In this document: in pieces, positions 19,761-29,565 of the stretch
How positions within the stretch are numbered: position 1 is the first letter of the stretch
Layout of the letters: the number at the start of each line of letters is the position of its first letter
Source of the DNA: Planctomycetota bacterium
GTDB taxonomy: Bacteria; Planctomycetota; PLA2; JAEUHO01
Length of the DNA: 64,000 nt
Direction: 5' to 3'
Assembly (NCBI GenBank): GCA_965222115.1
Contig: CBDCTJ010000007.1
Location: 1,888,001-1,952,000, forward strand
Translations under genes and position numbers: made by a program
Notes under the pieces: model-generated
Told to the model about the DNA's origin: nothing
Databases searched by the model: none
Seen by the model: only the letters and a program-made list of their open reading frames with translations

Positions 19761-20930
19761 CTACGAGTGGCTAGCCGCTGCCGCTACGGCTTCCTTCAAG
19801 GCTTCCACCTTGTCGGTGGCCTCCCACGGGAGATGGGCGCGCCCAAAGTGACCGCCGGAGGCCGTGTCTTGATAGATGGGCCGGGTGAGATCCAGGTCAC
19901 GGATGATGCCGTTGGGCGTGAGACGAAACACCTTGCGAACGGCTTCCACCAGCACGTGATTGGGCACGGCTTCGCCTTCCCAGCTTTCGGCACGCACGCG
20001 CAGCGATACGGGTTCGGCGACACCGATTGCATACGCCAGTTGGACTTCGCAGGCATCGGCGAGTTCGGCTGCCACGATGTTCTTGGCTACGTAGCGCGCC
20101 ATGTAGCACGCGGAGCGGTCCACTTTGCTCGGGTCCTTACCACTGAAGGCGCCGCCGCCGTGCGGGGCCCAACCGCCATAGGTATCCACAATGATCTTGC
20201 GACCCGTCAGGCCGGTGTCGCCCTTGGGGCCACCAATGGTGAAGCTGCCGGTGGGATTGACGAGCAACCGCGTGCGACTGTCGAGCATCTCTTGGGGCAG
20301 TAGCGGGAAGAGGTGCTGCTTGATGTCTTCACGAATTTGCTCTTGGGAGGTGCCCACGGCGTGTTGCGTCGAAACCACCACGGTATCCAGTCGCATGGGT
20401 CGATCGTTGTCGTTGTATTCAACGGTGACTTGCGTCTTTCCATCGGGCAGTAGGTAATCGAGCGTGCCGTCTTGACGGAGACGCGTGAGTCCGCGCACCA
20501 ACTCATGGGCGAGGTGAATGGGCAGCGGCATGAGTACGTCGGTGTCGCGGCACGCGTAGCCAAACATGAGCCCTTGATCGCCTGCGCCTTGTTCTTCCGG
20601 CGAACTGCGATCCACCCCTTGTGCGATTTCGGGCGACTGCGCGCCCACCGTGACCATGACGCCCACGTCGTCGGCCGGGAAGCCCGCGCGGACGTCGTCG
20701 TAGCCGATGGATTTCATTGCGGTTCTCGCAACGGAAGCAATGTCTACGTTGGCATTGGCGCGAACTTCGCCGCCAATCAGGCAAAGACCATTGGTCACGT
20801 AAGTCTCTACGGCAACACGAGCACTTGGATCGGATGTGAGGTAGGCGTCGAGCACAGCGTCGCTAATGGTGTCGGCGAGCTTGTCGGGATGGCCGCACGT
20901 GACCGCTTCGGATGTAAAGAGAAATGACAT
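19761..20930 (-). CDS. metK: S-adenosylmethionine synthetase
   Basis: [58 protein letters not shown]. Confidence 0.98.
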   Translation of the reverse strand: MSFLFTSEAVTCGHPDKLADTISDAVLDAYLTSDPSARVAVETYVTNGLCLIGGEVRANANVDIASVARTAMKSIGYDDVRAGFPADDVGVMVTVGAQSPEIAQGVDRSSPEEQGAGDQGLMFGYACRDTDVLMPLPIHLAHELVRGLTRLRQDGTLDYLLPDGKTQVTVEYNDNDRPMRLDTVVVSTQHAVGTSQEQIREDIKQHLFPLLPQEMLDSRTRLLVNPTGSFTIGGPKGDTGLTGRKIIVDTYGGWAPHGGGAFSGKDPSKVDRSACYMARYVAKNIVAAELADACEVQLAYAIGVAEPVSLRVRAESWEGEAVPNHVLVEAVRKVFRLTPNGIIRDLDLTRPIYQDTASGGHFGRAHLPWEATDKVEALKEAVAAAASHS

Positions 20931-21267
20931 ATCCGCCTCCGCCGTTCTTATGGGGACTGCATTGATGGGGACTGAACGAGGGGCCTATCGAAAGAGTAAG
21001 GCGCCGCGGGCGGGATTCTGAACCCAGACGGGGACAGTGGCCTCATTTGCGAGATTCGCGCATGGGTCACGAACGGGTCGCCGCCATCACGCAAGTCGGC
21101 CAGCACGGTTCGTCCCGGTCGAAAAGCGCGGATTGGTCGGGTCCATACTGCCGAATTGGCGTTCGCCGAGAAATTCTCGATTCGGCGTCCCCTCGGTCAT
21201 GGGTACCCTTCGATGGTTCCCAGAGCGTTTCGATCCACCGGCAGATCGAGGATCGGAGAGTAGACCC

Positions 21268-21645
21268 ATGAAGATTGAATCCAAGACGAATAGCTTGCCT
21301 AACCGAGCACGCCTCCCACTCACGTTGGCAGCGATCTGTTTCGTTGGTGCGGCCCTCGTAGGCTGCGGCGGCGGCTACCGCGACTATGAAGGCGACATTT
21401 TTGTAGAGAACGCCACCGACCTCACAGCCCCCGACGACTTGATTTCATTCCAACTCGCGGCCGTTGGGGAGGGCTTTTCGCCGGACTTACTGAGTGCCGA
21501 CCTGCCACCCGGAACCAGCGAGTTCATCGGCACCTTCGATGAGGACTACTACTACGCCACGGGTGAACTCTTCGGCGGCGACATAATCGATTGGCCCGCC
21601 GACTACGTGGGCTACGAGCGCTCCACGGTCTTTGAAGCGCGATAA
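21268..21645 (+). CDS. Small acidic lipoprotein, paralog of 17209..17622
   Basis: ALVG-C lipobox then GGG; shares G.(I/V).V.N, F...G...D(I/L), G.(Y/F).ED(F/Y)Y.A pattern; GGAGAG RBS. Confidence 0.8.
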   Translation: MKIESKTNSLPNRARLPLTLAAICFVGAALVGCGGGYRDYEGDIFVENATDLTAPDDLISFQLAAVGEGFSPDLLSADLPPGTSEFIGTFDEDYYYATGELFGGDIIDWPADYVGYERSTVFEAR

Positions 21646-21787
21646 CCGTTCGCTCACGAACAACCCGTAGTGCTTCGTTAGTCCTTCTTCTCGCATATGT
21701 GGGCTACGAGCGCTCCACGGTCTATGAAGCACGCTGACCGTTCGCTCACGAAGTACCCGTAGGGCTTCGTTAGTCCTTCTTCTCGCA
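21604..21787 (+). repeat. 92-bp tandem duplication covering the last 13 codons, stop codon and 3' flank of the lipoprotein gene
   Basis: Copies 21604-21695 and 21696-21787, 8 mismatches. Confidence 0.95.
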
Positions 21788-21952
21788 CGGGGCTCGGGTG
21801 CAGCCCGCATAAGGTTCGCCCGCGAGGCAGCTTCTTGCCTCGAAGGGGCCCCGGGCGGTATGTTTGGGGGCCGCTGCAGCCCGATGTGGCGTCGGAGCTC
21901 CTGCCATCGCGGACCAATTCGATCCGCGAGGGCCACAGAATAGGAACGGACT

Positions 21953-22726
21953 ATGACTCAGCTTTCGCGTTTCTTCGGCATACGGCAGATTGCCTTCGCT
22001 GCGATCCTCCTCGGCGCCCTGGTGATGGCAATCCCGGAGTCGTCTCACGCCAAGTTGAAAGAGGGGGAACGCTGGACCTATGACGTCGAGCACAGCCCAC
22101 TAAAGACCATTGGCGTTCGCGGTCGTGGCGGTGAGCGCATTGCCTACCACTACATGACGTTCAAGGTCACCAACAACACGGGGTTTGCCCGTGCGTGGTA
22201 CCCGCTGGTCATGGCGGTGACCGATACGAAGAAAACGACGATTGCGAGCGGCTTTACTGAGGCGCTAGATCCCATTCGACGCGTTGAGAAAAACGCCAAG
22301 CTTCAGCCCGTGGGACTCAAGTTGGGCAAGATCAAGAACGGTGAAACGCTTCATGTGGTGGCAATCTTCGGACCGCTGGATCCCCTCTATGACCGTGTGG
22401 ACATTCAGTTCTTTGGCTTGATCAACCCGATCACGGTGTTGGCCTACGATAAGTACGGCGACAAAGAGATCATCGCGGATGCCGCCTATCGTGCGCGCAA
22501 TGCCAAAGTCATGAAGTTGATCGAGAAAGAGGCCCGTCGCGCAGGCACCGACGTAGGCAAACCCGAGCGCGAGTATCGCGAGGTTAACGAAACCCGTTAC
22601 CTAAATATGCAGTATGAGCGTCTCGGCGACGAGTTCGGTGCCGACGACGATCTCATTCGCTTCCGCCGTGAAGGGTGGAAGGTTGACGGCGACCCCGAGG
22701 TGCTTCGCACCGTCAAGCTCGATTAG
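21953..22726 (+). CDS. Secreted hypothetical protein
   Basis: Signal peptide ending ESSHA; globular, host-like codon usage. Confidence 0.8.
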   Translation: MTQLSRFFGIRQIAFAAILLGALVMAIPESSHAKLKEGERWTYDVEHSPLKTIGVRGRGGERIAYHYMTFKVTNNTGFARAWYPLVMAVTDTKKTTIASGFTEALDPIRRVEKNAKLQPVGLKLGKIKNGETLHVVAIFGPLDPLYDRVDIQFFGLINPITVLAYDKYGDKEIIADAAYRARNAKVMKLIEKEARRAGTDVGKPEREYREVNETRYLNMQYERLGDEFGADDDLIRFRREGWKVDGDPEVLRTVKLD

Positions 22727-22730
22727 CAAG

Positions 22731-22787
22731 GGGTCGCGCGAGAGATTACGAGTCGCGCGAGAGATTACGGGTCGCGCGAGAGGTAGC
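22731..22787 (-). repeat. Three 19-bp tandem units overlapping the dnaE stop codon
   Basis: gggtcgcgcgagagattac / gagtcgcgcgagagattac / gggtcgcgcgagaggtagc. Confidence 0.9.
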
Positions 22788-25700
22788 GCGCGGAAGAAAC
22801 GCTCGGCACAGCGTTTTCAATGGCTTCAAGGAGTCCAAGGTCTGCTTGGACGGACCAAGTGGCACCGGCACGCACACACGCCACTCGATTCGCGGTGGGC
22901 TGAAATTGAAGCACGACCGGGAGCGGGCCCGCGTGGGCCGTGAGTACGGATTCCAGCCGGTCCAAGGTCTCGTCTTCCGTCGTTTGAAGTTCGATGAGCA
23001 AGCCGCGGGCATAACTGCGACCTGCCTCCTCGATGGGAACCAATGAATCCACGCCCACGCTGATCTCATCGCGTGACGTATTAATGCGTCCTTCGAGCAC
23101 CACAACCAAGTCTTCCTGAAGAATGGGCTCCAGCTTCGCAAATGTATCGGCGAAACACACGCACTCAACGGTACCCATGAAGTCTTCGAGATTGAACGCC
23201 GCCATGCGACGCCCGGCGTTCTTGCCACGCGATACCGTCATGGTGCGGAGTTCACGGATCATGCCACCCAGTCGTACTTCTTGCCGGCTCATCGACTCGG
23301 TGAGATCCGTGGTGTTGCGCTGCACGATGGTGCGCAACTTTCGTTCGTGTTGTGCCAAAGGATGGTTGGTGGCGTAGTAGCCAATCGACTCCCGCTCCCA
23401 TTGCATCTTGTCTTTGGGTGACCACGGGGGTGTGTCGGGATAGGTCGCCTCCGGCGGCCTCGCATCTTCGCTTGGCTCCGCAAACAGATTGAACTGGCCC
23501 GACGCGCGATCCTCCGCCGCCGTAGAACCCAACGACAGCGCGCGAGGAATGACTACCGCAATCTGCGCGCGCGTTGCGCCCGTTTCGTCGAACGCGCCTG
23601 CCCGATTGAGCGCTTCAAGTGTGCTGCGATTCGCGCGACCGGGGTCCACCCGTTCACAGAGGTCAAAGATGCTGGCGTAGCCCTCATTGGGACGCGATGT
23701 GCGAATCGCCGTCGCCGCACTTCGGCCAACACTCTTAATGGCCGCCAGCCCATACCGGATGTTCTCGCCCTCCACCGCAAAGTCCTCGTTGGAACGGTTG
23801 ATATTGGGCGGCAACACGTCGATTCCCATGCGGCGCGCTTCACCGATGTACTGGGTGAGCTTGTCCATATCGCCCATTTCACATGTGAGTAGGGCGGCCA
23901 TGTACTGACGCGGAAAGTGACGCTTGAGGTAGGCGGTTTGATACGTGATGAGGCCATAGGCAACCGTATGGGCTTTGTTGAATCCATACGCCGCAAACTC
24001 TGCCAGTTGATCCCAAATGACCTGGGCCTCGTCGCGCGGCACGTTCGAAATCCGCTCGCAGCCCTCCAAAAACTTCTCATTGAACTTGGCCAGAATCTCG
24101 GGCTTTTTCTTGCCCATGGCTTTGCGCAAGTTGTCGGCATCCGACATGGGAAAGTCCGCCAGAATGCCCGCGATCTGCATCACCTGGTCCTGATACACCA
24201 CGACGCCGTAGGACTCTTTGAGCACCGGTTCGAGGGATGGATGCGGATAGGTCACCGGCGCGCGGCCATTCTTGCGCTCGATATACATGTCCATCATGCC
24301 GGAGTTCATGGGACCCGGTCGATAGAGCGCCAACACAGTGGAGAGGTCCTCAAATACGCTTGGGCGAATCTGCTTAAGAATCGAGCGCATGCCCGATCCC
24401 TCGACTTGAAAGACACCAAGTGCATCGCCGCGGCTGAGCATTTCAAAAGTGGGGGCGTCGTCGAGGGGGATGTCGTCGGGCTCGAGTACCACAAGGCCGT
24501 CGCGGCGAATGTACTCAACGGCCTTCGCGATAATCGTGAGCGTGCGCAGGCCCAAGAAGTCCATCTTCAACAAACCCACGTGGGGATCTTCCAAGAGATC
24601 CATCGACCACTGCGTGGCGTAGTCGTCGCCCACGCGATAGAGCGGTGCGTATTGTTCCAGCGGTCCGTCGGATACCACAACGCCCGCCGCGTGTTTGCCG
24701 GCGTGGCGCTTCATGCCTTCCAAGACTTTGGCCGCGTCCATGAGTTCACTGAACTGTTTGTTTTCCGCAATCATGGAACGAAGGTCGGCATCGCCTTCAA
24801 GGGCGCCACGTAGCGTGTCGCCCGGTCCATTGGGAATGCGTTTAGCAAGGCGATCTACATCGGATAGTTGCACTTCCATCACGCGGCCGATGTCGCGCAC
24901 TACAGCGCGTGCCGCCATACGTCCGAACGTAATGATCTGACTTACACACTCGGCGCCGCCGTATTTCTCCTGGACGTAGCGAATAACTTTTTCGCGTCCG
25001 TCTTTGCAGAAGTCAATGTCGATATCCGGCAGCGACACGCGATCGGGATTGAGAAAGCGCTCAAAGATCAAATCGTAGGCCAATGGATCTACATTGGTGA
25101 TGCCAAGGCAATAGGCCACGATCGATCCTGCGGCACTTCCTCGGCCGGGGCCCACGGGGATGTTGTTGCGCCGGGCATAGTCAACGAAGTCCCACGTAAT
25201 GAGGAAATAGGCGATATAGCCCATGTTCTCAATGACGCGCTGTTCCATGGCGAGGCGTTCGGTGACGGCGTCGGACAACGTCTCGCCATAGCGCTTGTGG
25301 GCGCCCTCTTTACAGAGCTTCATAAAATAGGAGCGCTCGTCGTGGCCTTCGGGTGGAACAAAGCGCGGGAGGTGCATACCCTGTGGCAGCTCAACATCGC
25401 AGCGGTTGGCAATGTCTACGGTGGCTTGCAGTGCATCCGGCAAGTCCTTGAACGTGTTCATCATGGCGTCGCGCGTGCAGAACGACACGTCGCCGCGATC
25501 CCGGAGGTTGTTGCTGTTGAGTGTGTAGTTCCAACGGATGCAACGGTGTATGGTGTTGGCGTGGGCGTGGTCCGGCGATGCATAGGCAATACCGCGTGTA
25601 GCCACCAACGGAACCTTCTCGTCGCGCGCGAGCTGTAGGAGCGTTTCGCTAATCTCGCGTTCACCGGCTGCACCGTTGCGCTGGATTTCTATGTAGTAGT

Positions 25701-26205
25701 CGTCTCCAAACAGATCGCGCATACGACCGACGGCGTGGCGGGCGCGATCGGGATCATTGCGATACGCGTAGTAGGCAGGCTCGCCGATTTGACAACCACT
25801 TAGCGCGATCAATCCCTCGCGATGCGACGCAAGGAGCTCCAAATCGAGTCGCGGAAAGTGATAGAACCCCTCGGTGAAGCTCTTGGTCGAGAGCTTAATG
25901 AGGTTGCGGTAGCCCGTTTCGCTGGTCGCCAACAAGTTGAGCTGATGACCGGCCACGGGATTGCGTTCGCGGTCCAGACGCGACTTGGGGGCCAGCCATG
26001 CACCGGTGCCGAGGATGGGCTTGATACCGGCTTGCCGGCACGCCTTATAGAACTCAATGACGCCGCAGAGGTTGCCGTGGTCCGTGATGGCCATGGCGGG
26101 CTGCTCGTCCTTCGCCGCCAGACTGACCAGATCCGGAATGCGGATCATGCCATCGAGCAAGCTGTAGTCGCTGTGGGTGTGAAGATGGACGAACGTTGAT
26201 CCCAT
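22765..26205 (-). CDS. dnaE: DNA polymerase III alpha subunit
   Basis: PHP domain FVHLHTHSDYSLLDG, GPGRGSAAGS, FERFLNPDRVSLPDIDIDF, KMDFLGLRTL, YGFNKAH, OB fold; GGAGG RBS before ATG 26205. Confidence 0.98.
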   Translation of the reverse strand: MGSTFVHLHTHSDYSLLDGMIRIPDLVSLAAKDEQPAMAITDHGNLCGVIEFYKACRQAGIKPILGTGAWLAPKSRLDRERNPVAGHQLNLLATSETGYRNLIKLSTKSFTEGFYHFPRLDLELLASHREGLIALSGCQIGEPAYYAYRNDPDRARHAVGRMRDLFGDDYYIEIQRNGAAGEREISETLLQLARDEKVPLVATRGIAYASPDHAHANTIHRCIRWNYTLNSNNLRDRGDVSFCTRDAMMNTFKDLPDALQATVDIANRCDVELPQGMHLPRFVPPEGHDERSYFMKLCKEGAHKRYGETLSDAVTERLAMEQRVIENMGYIAYFLITWDFVDYARRNNIPVGPGRGSAAGSIVAYCLGITNVDPLAYDLIFERFLNPDRVSLPDIDIDFCKDGREKVIRYVQEKYGGAECVSQIITFGRMAARAVVRDIGRVMEVQLSDVDRLAKRIPNGPGDTLRGALEGDADLRSMIAENKQFSELMDAAKVLEGMKRHAGKHAAGVVVSDGPLEQYAPLYRVGDDYATQWSMDLLEDPHVGLLKMDFLGLRTLTIIAKAVEYIRRDGLVVLEPDDIPLDDAPTFEMLSRGDALGVFQVEGSGMRSILKQIRPSVFEDLSTVLALYRPGPMNSGMMDMYIERKNGRAPVTYPHPSLEPVLKESYGVVVYQDQVMQIAGILADFPMSDADNLRKAMGKKKPEILAKFNEKFLEGCERISNVPRDEAQVIWDQLAEFAAYGFNKAHTVAYGLITYQTAYLKRHFPRQYMAALLTCEMGDMDKLTQYIGEARRMGIDVLPPNINRSNEDFAVEGENIRYGLAAIKSVGRSAATAIRTSRPNEGYASIFDLCERVDPGRANRSTLEALNRAGAFDETGATRAQIAVVIPRALSLGSTAAEDRASGQFNLFAEPSEDARPPEATYPDTPPWSPKDKMQWERESIGYYATNHPLAQHERKLRTIVQRNTTDLTESMSRQEVRLGGMIRELRTMTVSRGKNAGRRMAAFNLEDFMGTVECVCFADTFAKLEPILQEDLVVVLEGRINTSRDEISVGVDSLVPIEEAGRSYARGLLIELQTTEDETLDRLESVLTAHAGPLPVVLQFQPTANRVACVRAGATWSVQADLGLLEAIENAVPSVSSARYLSRDP

Positions 26206-26327
26206 GCGGTCGGGTCCTCCAAACAACACGTTACGCTCGACCACCCACGACCGCTTCCTGCGCCTCGCCCCAAACGACTGGCGCGGATTGACGCACGGGT
26301 GACGTTGGGCCTCTACGCTTTCGGCCT

Positions 26328-27314
26328 ATGTGTTCCCGGCTTTCCCACCACCGGATTCCCCTGCTCGCGATTGTTGCGGCGATGGCCTTCTTTGCATTGG
26401 CTGCGGGTGGGTGTAGCAGCAGTCCTACGGGCGATCGCGATGACAGCGACCGTTCGCGCGATCGCGCGGACCGCGATGACGATGGCCCCCGTCGGCGCTC
26501 CAATCGTAGAGATCGTCGTCGGCGCGATCGCGACGAGCGAGAACGCCCTCGCGAAGAACGCGATATGGGCGCCAAAGTCGGCGATCGCCGCGTCGTGCAA
26601 GGGAGCAAGCTCGGCGCCCGTGACATGGCCGCGTTCAAACGCGCATGGAAACTCTTCCTCGCCAAGTCGCCTCGTTGGGAAGACAGCCGCGACGACTGGC
26701 TCGAGCGCGGTGGCGCAGCGCCGTATGTGCTCTCTGAGAACTTGTTCCGCTACTTCTGGAGTGCTTCGCTGCACGGCAAGACCAAAGAGGTCGATCGTGT
26801 CGTCGAAAACGCCGCCATCATCGGTGAGCCCGCCGTGGCCTATTTCGCCAAGCCCCTTGCCACCGACAAAGTCGAGTTGCCGCGTCCGGTTGAAGTCGAA
26901 GAAGAAGATCCCGACGATCATCGAAAAATGCGCACGCGCACCATTCGTCACATGCAGATCGACGACACCACGCGACGCGATGCGGCGCGAGTACTTGTCG
27001 CCATTGGTCCGCCTGCGCTCGCTGAGTTGCAGCGTCCCGCCATATTGCGGCGCGGTCGTCCCGCAGCACGTCGCTATGCCGCCATTGCGATGGGCAAAAT
27101 CGGTACGCCCGAAGCCGTTGAGGTATTGACCGATCTCGTTCGCACGGAAGACGACTTCCAAATCCGCGCCGCAGCCGTGAAGGGTTTGGGCGCCGCATTG
27201 AAAAACAACGAATCGGCCCGCGCCCCCCTCGAAGAAGCCACGCGCGACAAAGACCGCTTTGTGCGCCGCAAGGCAGAAGAAGCGTTGGCCGGTAAGTCGA
27301 AGTTGCCCTTCTAA
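26328..27314 (+). CDS. HEAT-repeat lipoprotein with Arg/Asp-rich N-terminal tract
   Basis: LAAGG-C lipobox; RRYAAIAMGKIG, IRAAAVKGLG, FVRRKAEEAL HEAT-like motifs. Confidence 0.8.
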   Translation: MCSRLSHHRIPLLAIVAAMAFFALAAGGCSSSPTGDRDDSDRSRDRADRDDDGPRRRSNRRDRRRRDRDERERPREERDMGAKVGDRRVVQGSKLGARDMAAFKRAWKLFLAKSPRWEDSRDDWLERGGAAPYVLSENLFRYFWSASLHGKTKEVDRVVENAAIIGEPAVAYFAKPLATDKVELPRPVEVEEEDPDDHRKMRTRTIRHMQIDDTTRRDAARVLVAIGPPALAELQRPAILRRGRPAARRYAAIAMGKIGTPEAVEVLTDLVRTEDDFQIRAAAVKGLGAALKNNESARAPLEEATRDKDRFVRRKAEEALAGKSKLPF

Positions 27315-27315
27315 C

Positions 27316-27524
27316 TAGAGGTGGCTTCATAAGAGGATCCTGCTGCGTGCACAGATCCTCTTGCTACGAGCCGCGTCCGTTCAAAATTGGCTCCTCGACG
27401 TGAATGCAACATCGGAATCTGGCCACGCCTGCGGGCCCCAACCACTCGGCAGACGCGGCTTCGTCCATCGTCTCTCGCTGCGGTCTCTGCACACTCGCGA
27501 CGAACCCTTATGCAACCACCTCTA
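27316..27524. mobile_element. MITE-like non-autonomous element, 209 bp
   Basis: Imperfect terminal inverted repeats TAGAGGTGGCTTCATAAG vs (reverse complement) TAGAGGTGGTTGCATAAG; internal hairpins; inserted right after a stop codon; no credible ORF. Confidence 0.7.
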
Positions 27525-27598
27525 CACATTCCGCCCGCCTCGTTCTCAACCAGTAATTGGTTCTTGTGTGCCCCAGAACCCGCACGCAGAATCCCGCC

Positions 27599-28120
27599 AT
27601 GGCAGCCGTAAAACGTCCCGCATGGAAAGTCGCAAAGCTGGCGCAGGGTTCGAGCCTCACAGGTGAACCGTTTGCGCCCGACACGCCCATTGTGACCGCG
27701 CTCTTCGGCGAAGAAACGGAAGTGGGCGAAGATGGGGTGAAGGGCATTGGCTTTGTTCGCAAAGACTTCCTCGAATCGGAAGCTACGGATGAAATCCTCG
27801 CCGACGCCTACTGCCAATGGCGCACACGCACACCGCCCGCCGATCCCGCCAAGGAGAGGCGTCTTGATTTGGGAATGGCGCGTCAGTTTCTTGAGCGACT
27901 GCTTGCGGAGGGCGATCCCGAAAAGGCAGCCGTGTGCTTGACGCTTGCGTTGCTGCTTTTGCGCAAACGCAAATTGACGCTCGTGGAAGAGACGGGCGAA
28001 GCGATGAAGATGCGTTGGCCACGCGAAAAAGAGACGTTCCTGGTCCCCGCCCCCGTCGTCACCGCCGCCGAAGCCGAGGTGTTGCAGCAGGATCTGCAAA
28101 GGCTCTTCGAAATCGGTTAA
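27599..28120 (+). CDS. Conserved hypothetical protein
   Basis: MAAVKRPAWKV...FVRKDF...YCQWRT...LALLLLRKRKL; typical codon usage. Confidence 0.75.
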   Translation: MAAVKRPAWKVAKLAQGSSLTGEPFAPDTPIVTALFGEETEVGEDGVKGIGFVRKDFLESEATDEILADAYCQWRTRTPPADPAKERRLDLGMARQFLERLLAEGDPEKAAVCLTLALLLLRKRKLTLVEETGEAMKMRWPREKETFLVPAPVVTAAEAEVLQQDLQRLFEIG

Positions 28121-28135
28121 GTCCGCTCCAACCAT

Positions 28136-28247
28136 TCCGTCCCTGAACCTGAATCTCAATCTGTCGCCTGAACTTGTTCTTCTTCCTGCTCCGTATTCGT
28201 ATCCGTATCTGTGTCGATGTCCTTATCCGTTCCTGAATCCCTTTCCC
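28136..28247. repeat. Degenerate period-6 pyrimidine-rich tract
   Basis: cctgaa cctgaa tctcaa tctgtc ... tccgta ttcgta tccgta tctgtg. Confidence 0.55.
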
Positions 28248-28451
28248 ATTGGCCGCAGGATTTCGCTCAAATTGCTCACACGAAGGGAACGAAGAAACGA
28301 AGCGCAAGGCGTTGGTGGACGCGTTTATGCAGATGGGGGCTGCCGGTTGCGGGACGCTGCTTGGATAAGAGGCTCTCACCAAGGGCACCAAGACCACCAA
28401 GCGCGGCTAGTGAATTGGGAACTGCGTTCCATTGGAATTGGGGTTGGGTAT

Positions 28452-28555
28452 GGCCCCGAAGGGGCCAAAGTTGATAGCCCAGGATGGAGCATAGCGAAGC
28501 GTCGCGTAATCCTGGGTAGAGATACAAAAAATGACTCGGCGCCCTGCAAGGGCGC
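28452..28555. repeat. REP/REPIN-like triple-hairpin element
   Basis: GGCCCC-gaa-GGGGCC ... CCCAGGAT/ATCCTGGG ... GCGCCCT-gca-AGGGCGC. Confidence 0.65.
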
Positions 28556-28626
28556 AAGTCTACTTTAGGTTGACCTACCTATTGCGATTGAGCGAAGTCG
28601 CCGATCTCTAGGATACAAGTCCTCTC

Positions 28627-29031
28627 ATGAAGTACGTATCGATCCGTGATTCGGATAGTCAAGGCAATCTCATGTTCGACGTGGCGGATGTGATTCATGC
28701 GTTGGGTGATACAGCGAGACAACTTGTGTGGCGCGCGACGTGTGTCGAAGCCTTTGGACGAGCGAAACAGCAACTCGAAGGGTGGGGAGACGCAGGATCG
28801 TTGAAGTCTGGCGAGGAATTCGCCAAACTGGCCGACGACATAGACCAAATCGTCGAAGGCGAATTCATCGGCAGAGTAAGTCCGGAAGGACGAATACTGT
28901 TGATCATACGCGCGGTTGACAGTTCGTACTTTGACGTGCTGTTTCTCTCAGATTTTGCCGTTGAAGACGCGCTTCGAGACGCGTTCACGGACGTCTCGGA
29001 CACAGAGGAGTGGCCAAACTCGCCCCCGTAG
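28627..29031 (+). CDS. Small acidic hypothetical protein, possibly immunity-protein-like
   Basis: 134-aa ORF, LIIRAVDSSYFDV motif, atypical codon usage. Confidence 0.65.
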   Translation: MKYVSIRDSDSQGNLMFDVADVIHALGDTARQLVWRATCVEAFGRAKQQLEGWGDAGSLKSGEEFAKLADDIDQIVEGEFIGRVSPEGRILLIIRAVDSSYFDVLFLSDFAVEDALRDAFTDVSDTEEWPNSPP

Positions 29032-29075
29032 ATGAGCGGGTCTGATTGTGCTCGAATTCCAGCTAGCATCACCCC

Positions 29076-29492
29076 ATGCCCCTCGGTCGCCTCGAACCCA
29101 GATTTGTAGTCGTTTGGTTTATCGCCACCGCATTGTGTGCGTGGGTTTACGTGCTGCGTGTGCGTCGGGCACGCCAGGAAGGTATGTTTACGTTATTGGA
29201 GAGTTTGCCGCTCTTCGTGTCACTCTTGGCCGTTGCCCTTGCACTCTACGCGTTTGCCGGTGGGGGGCATCCGCTTGCGCAATACAATGCCCCCGATCGA
29301 ATGCGCGGTGTGGCTGTGTGGGCATTGGGCTGGCTGCCACTACTCGGTACGTCTGTGTTTTGCGCGCTCATGAGCCTCGTTCGACTCTTCATGCCGATGC
29401 GCTCTTCATACGACGCCAGATTTCGAATGGCCTCCCTCCTCGCTTCCCTGTTCACGTTTGGCGCAGTAATGAAGAACTTTCCGTCCGCGTGA
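29076..29492 (+). CDS. Small integral membrane protein (about 4 TM)
   Basis: Four hydrophobic segments. Confidence 0.6.
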   Translation: MPLGRLEPRFVVVWFIATALCAWVYVLRVRRARQEGMFTLLESLPLFVSLLAVALALYAFAGGGHPLAQYNAPDRMRGVAVWALGWLPLLGTSVFCALMSLVRLFMPMRSSYDARFRMASLLASLFTFGAVMKNFPSA

Positions 29493-29565
29493 TCTCTATT
29501 CCTCGACGTATATCTGGTGAAACGTGCCGTTGATTGCTAAGCCAAAGAGTTCGCTCCAACTCGCT

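Noticed and set aside
20931-21260. SAM riboswitch upstream of metK
   Set aside because: No recognisable SAM-I core; only a short ATGGGGACTG direct repeat is visible
21604-21787. Diversity-generating retroelement VR/TR pair
   Set aside because: Mismatches are not confined to adenines of one copy and no reverse transcriptase is present in the window
28560-29560. Integron cassette array
   Set aside because: No attC-like RYYYAAC...GTTRRRY palindromes after the small genes and no IntI
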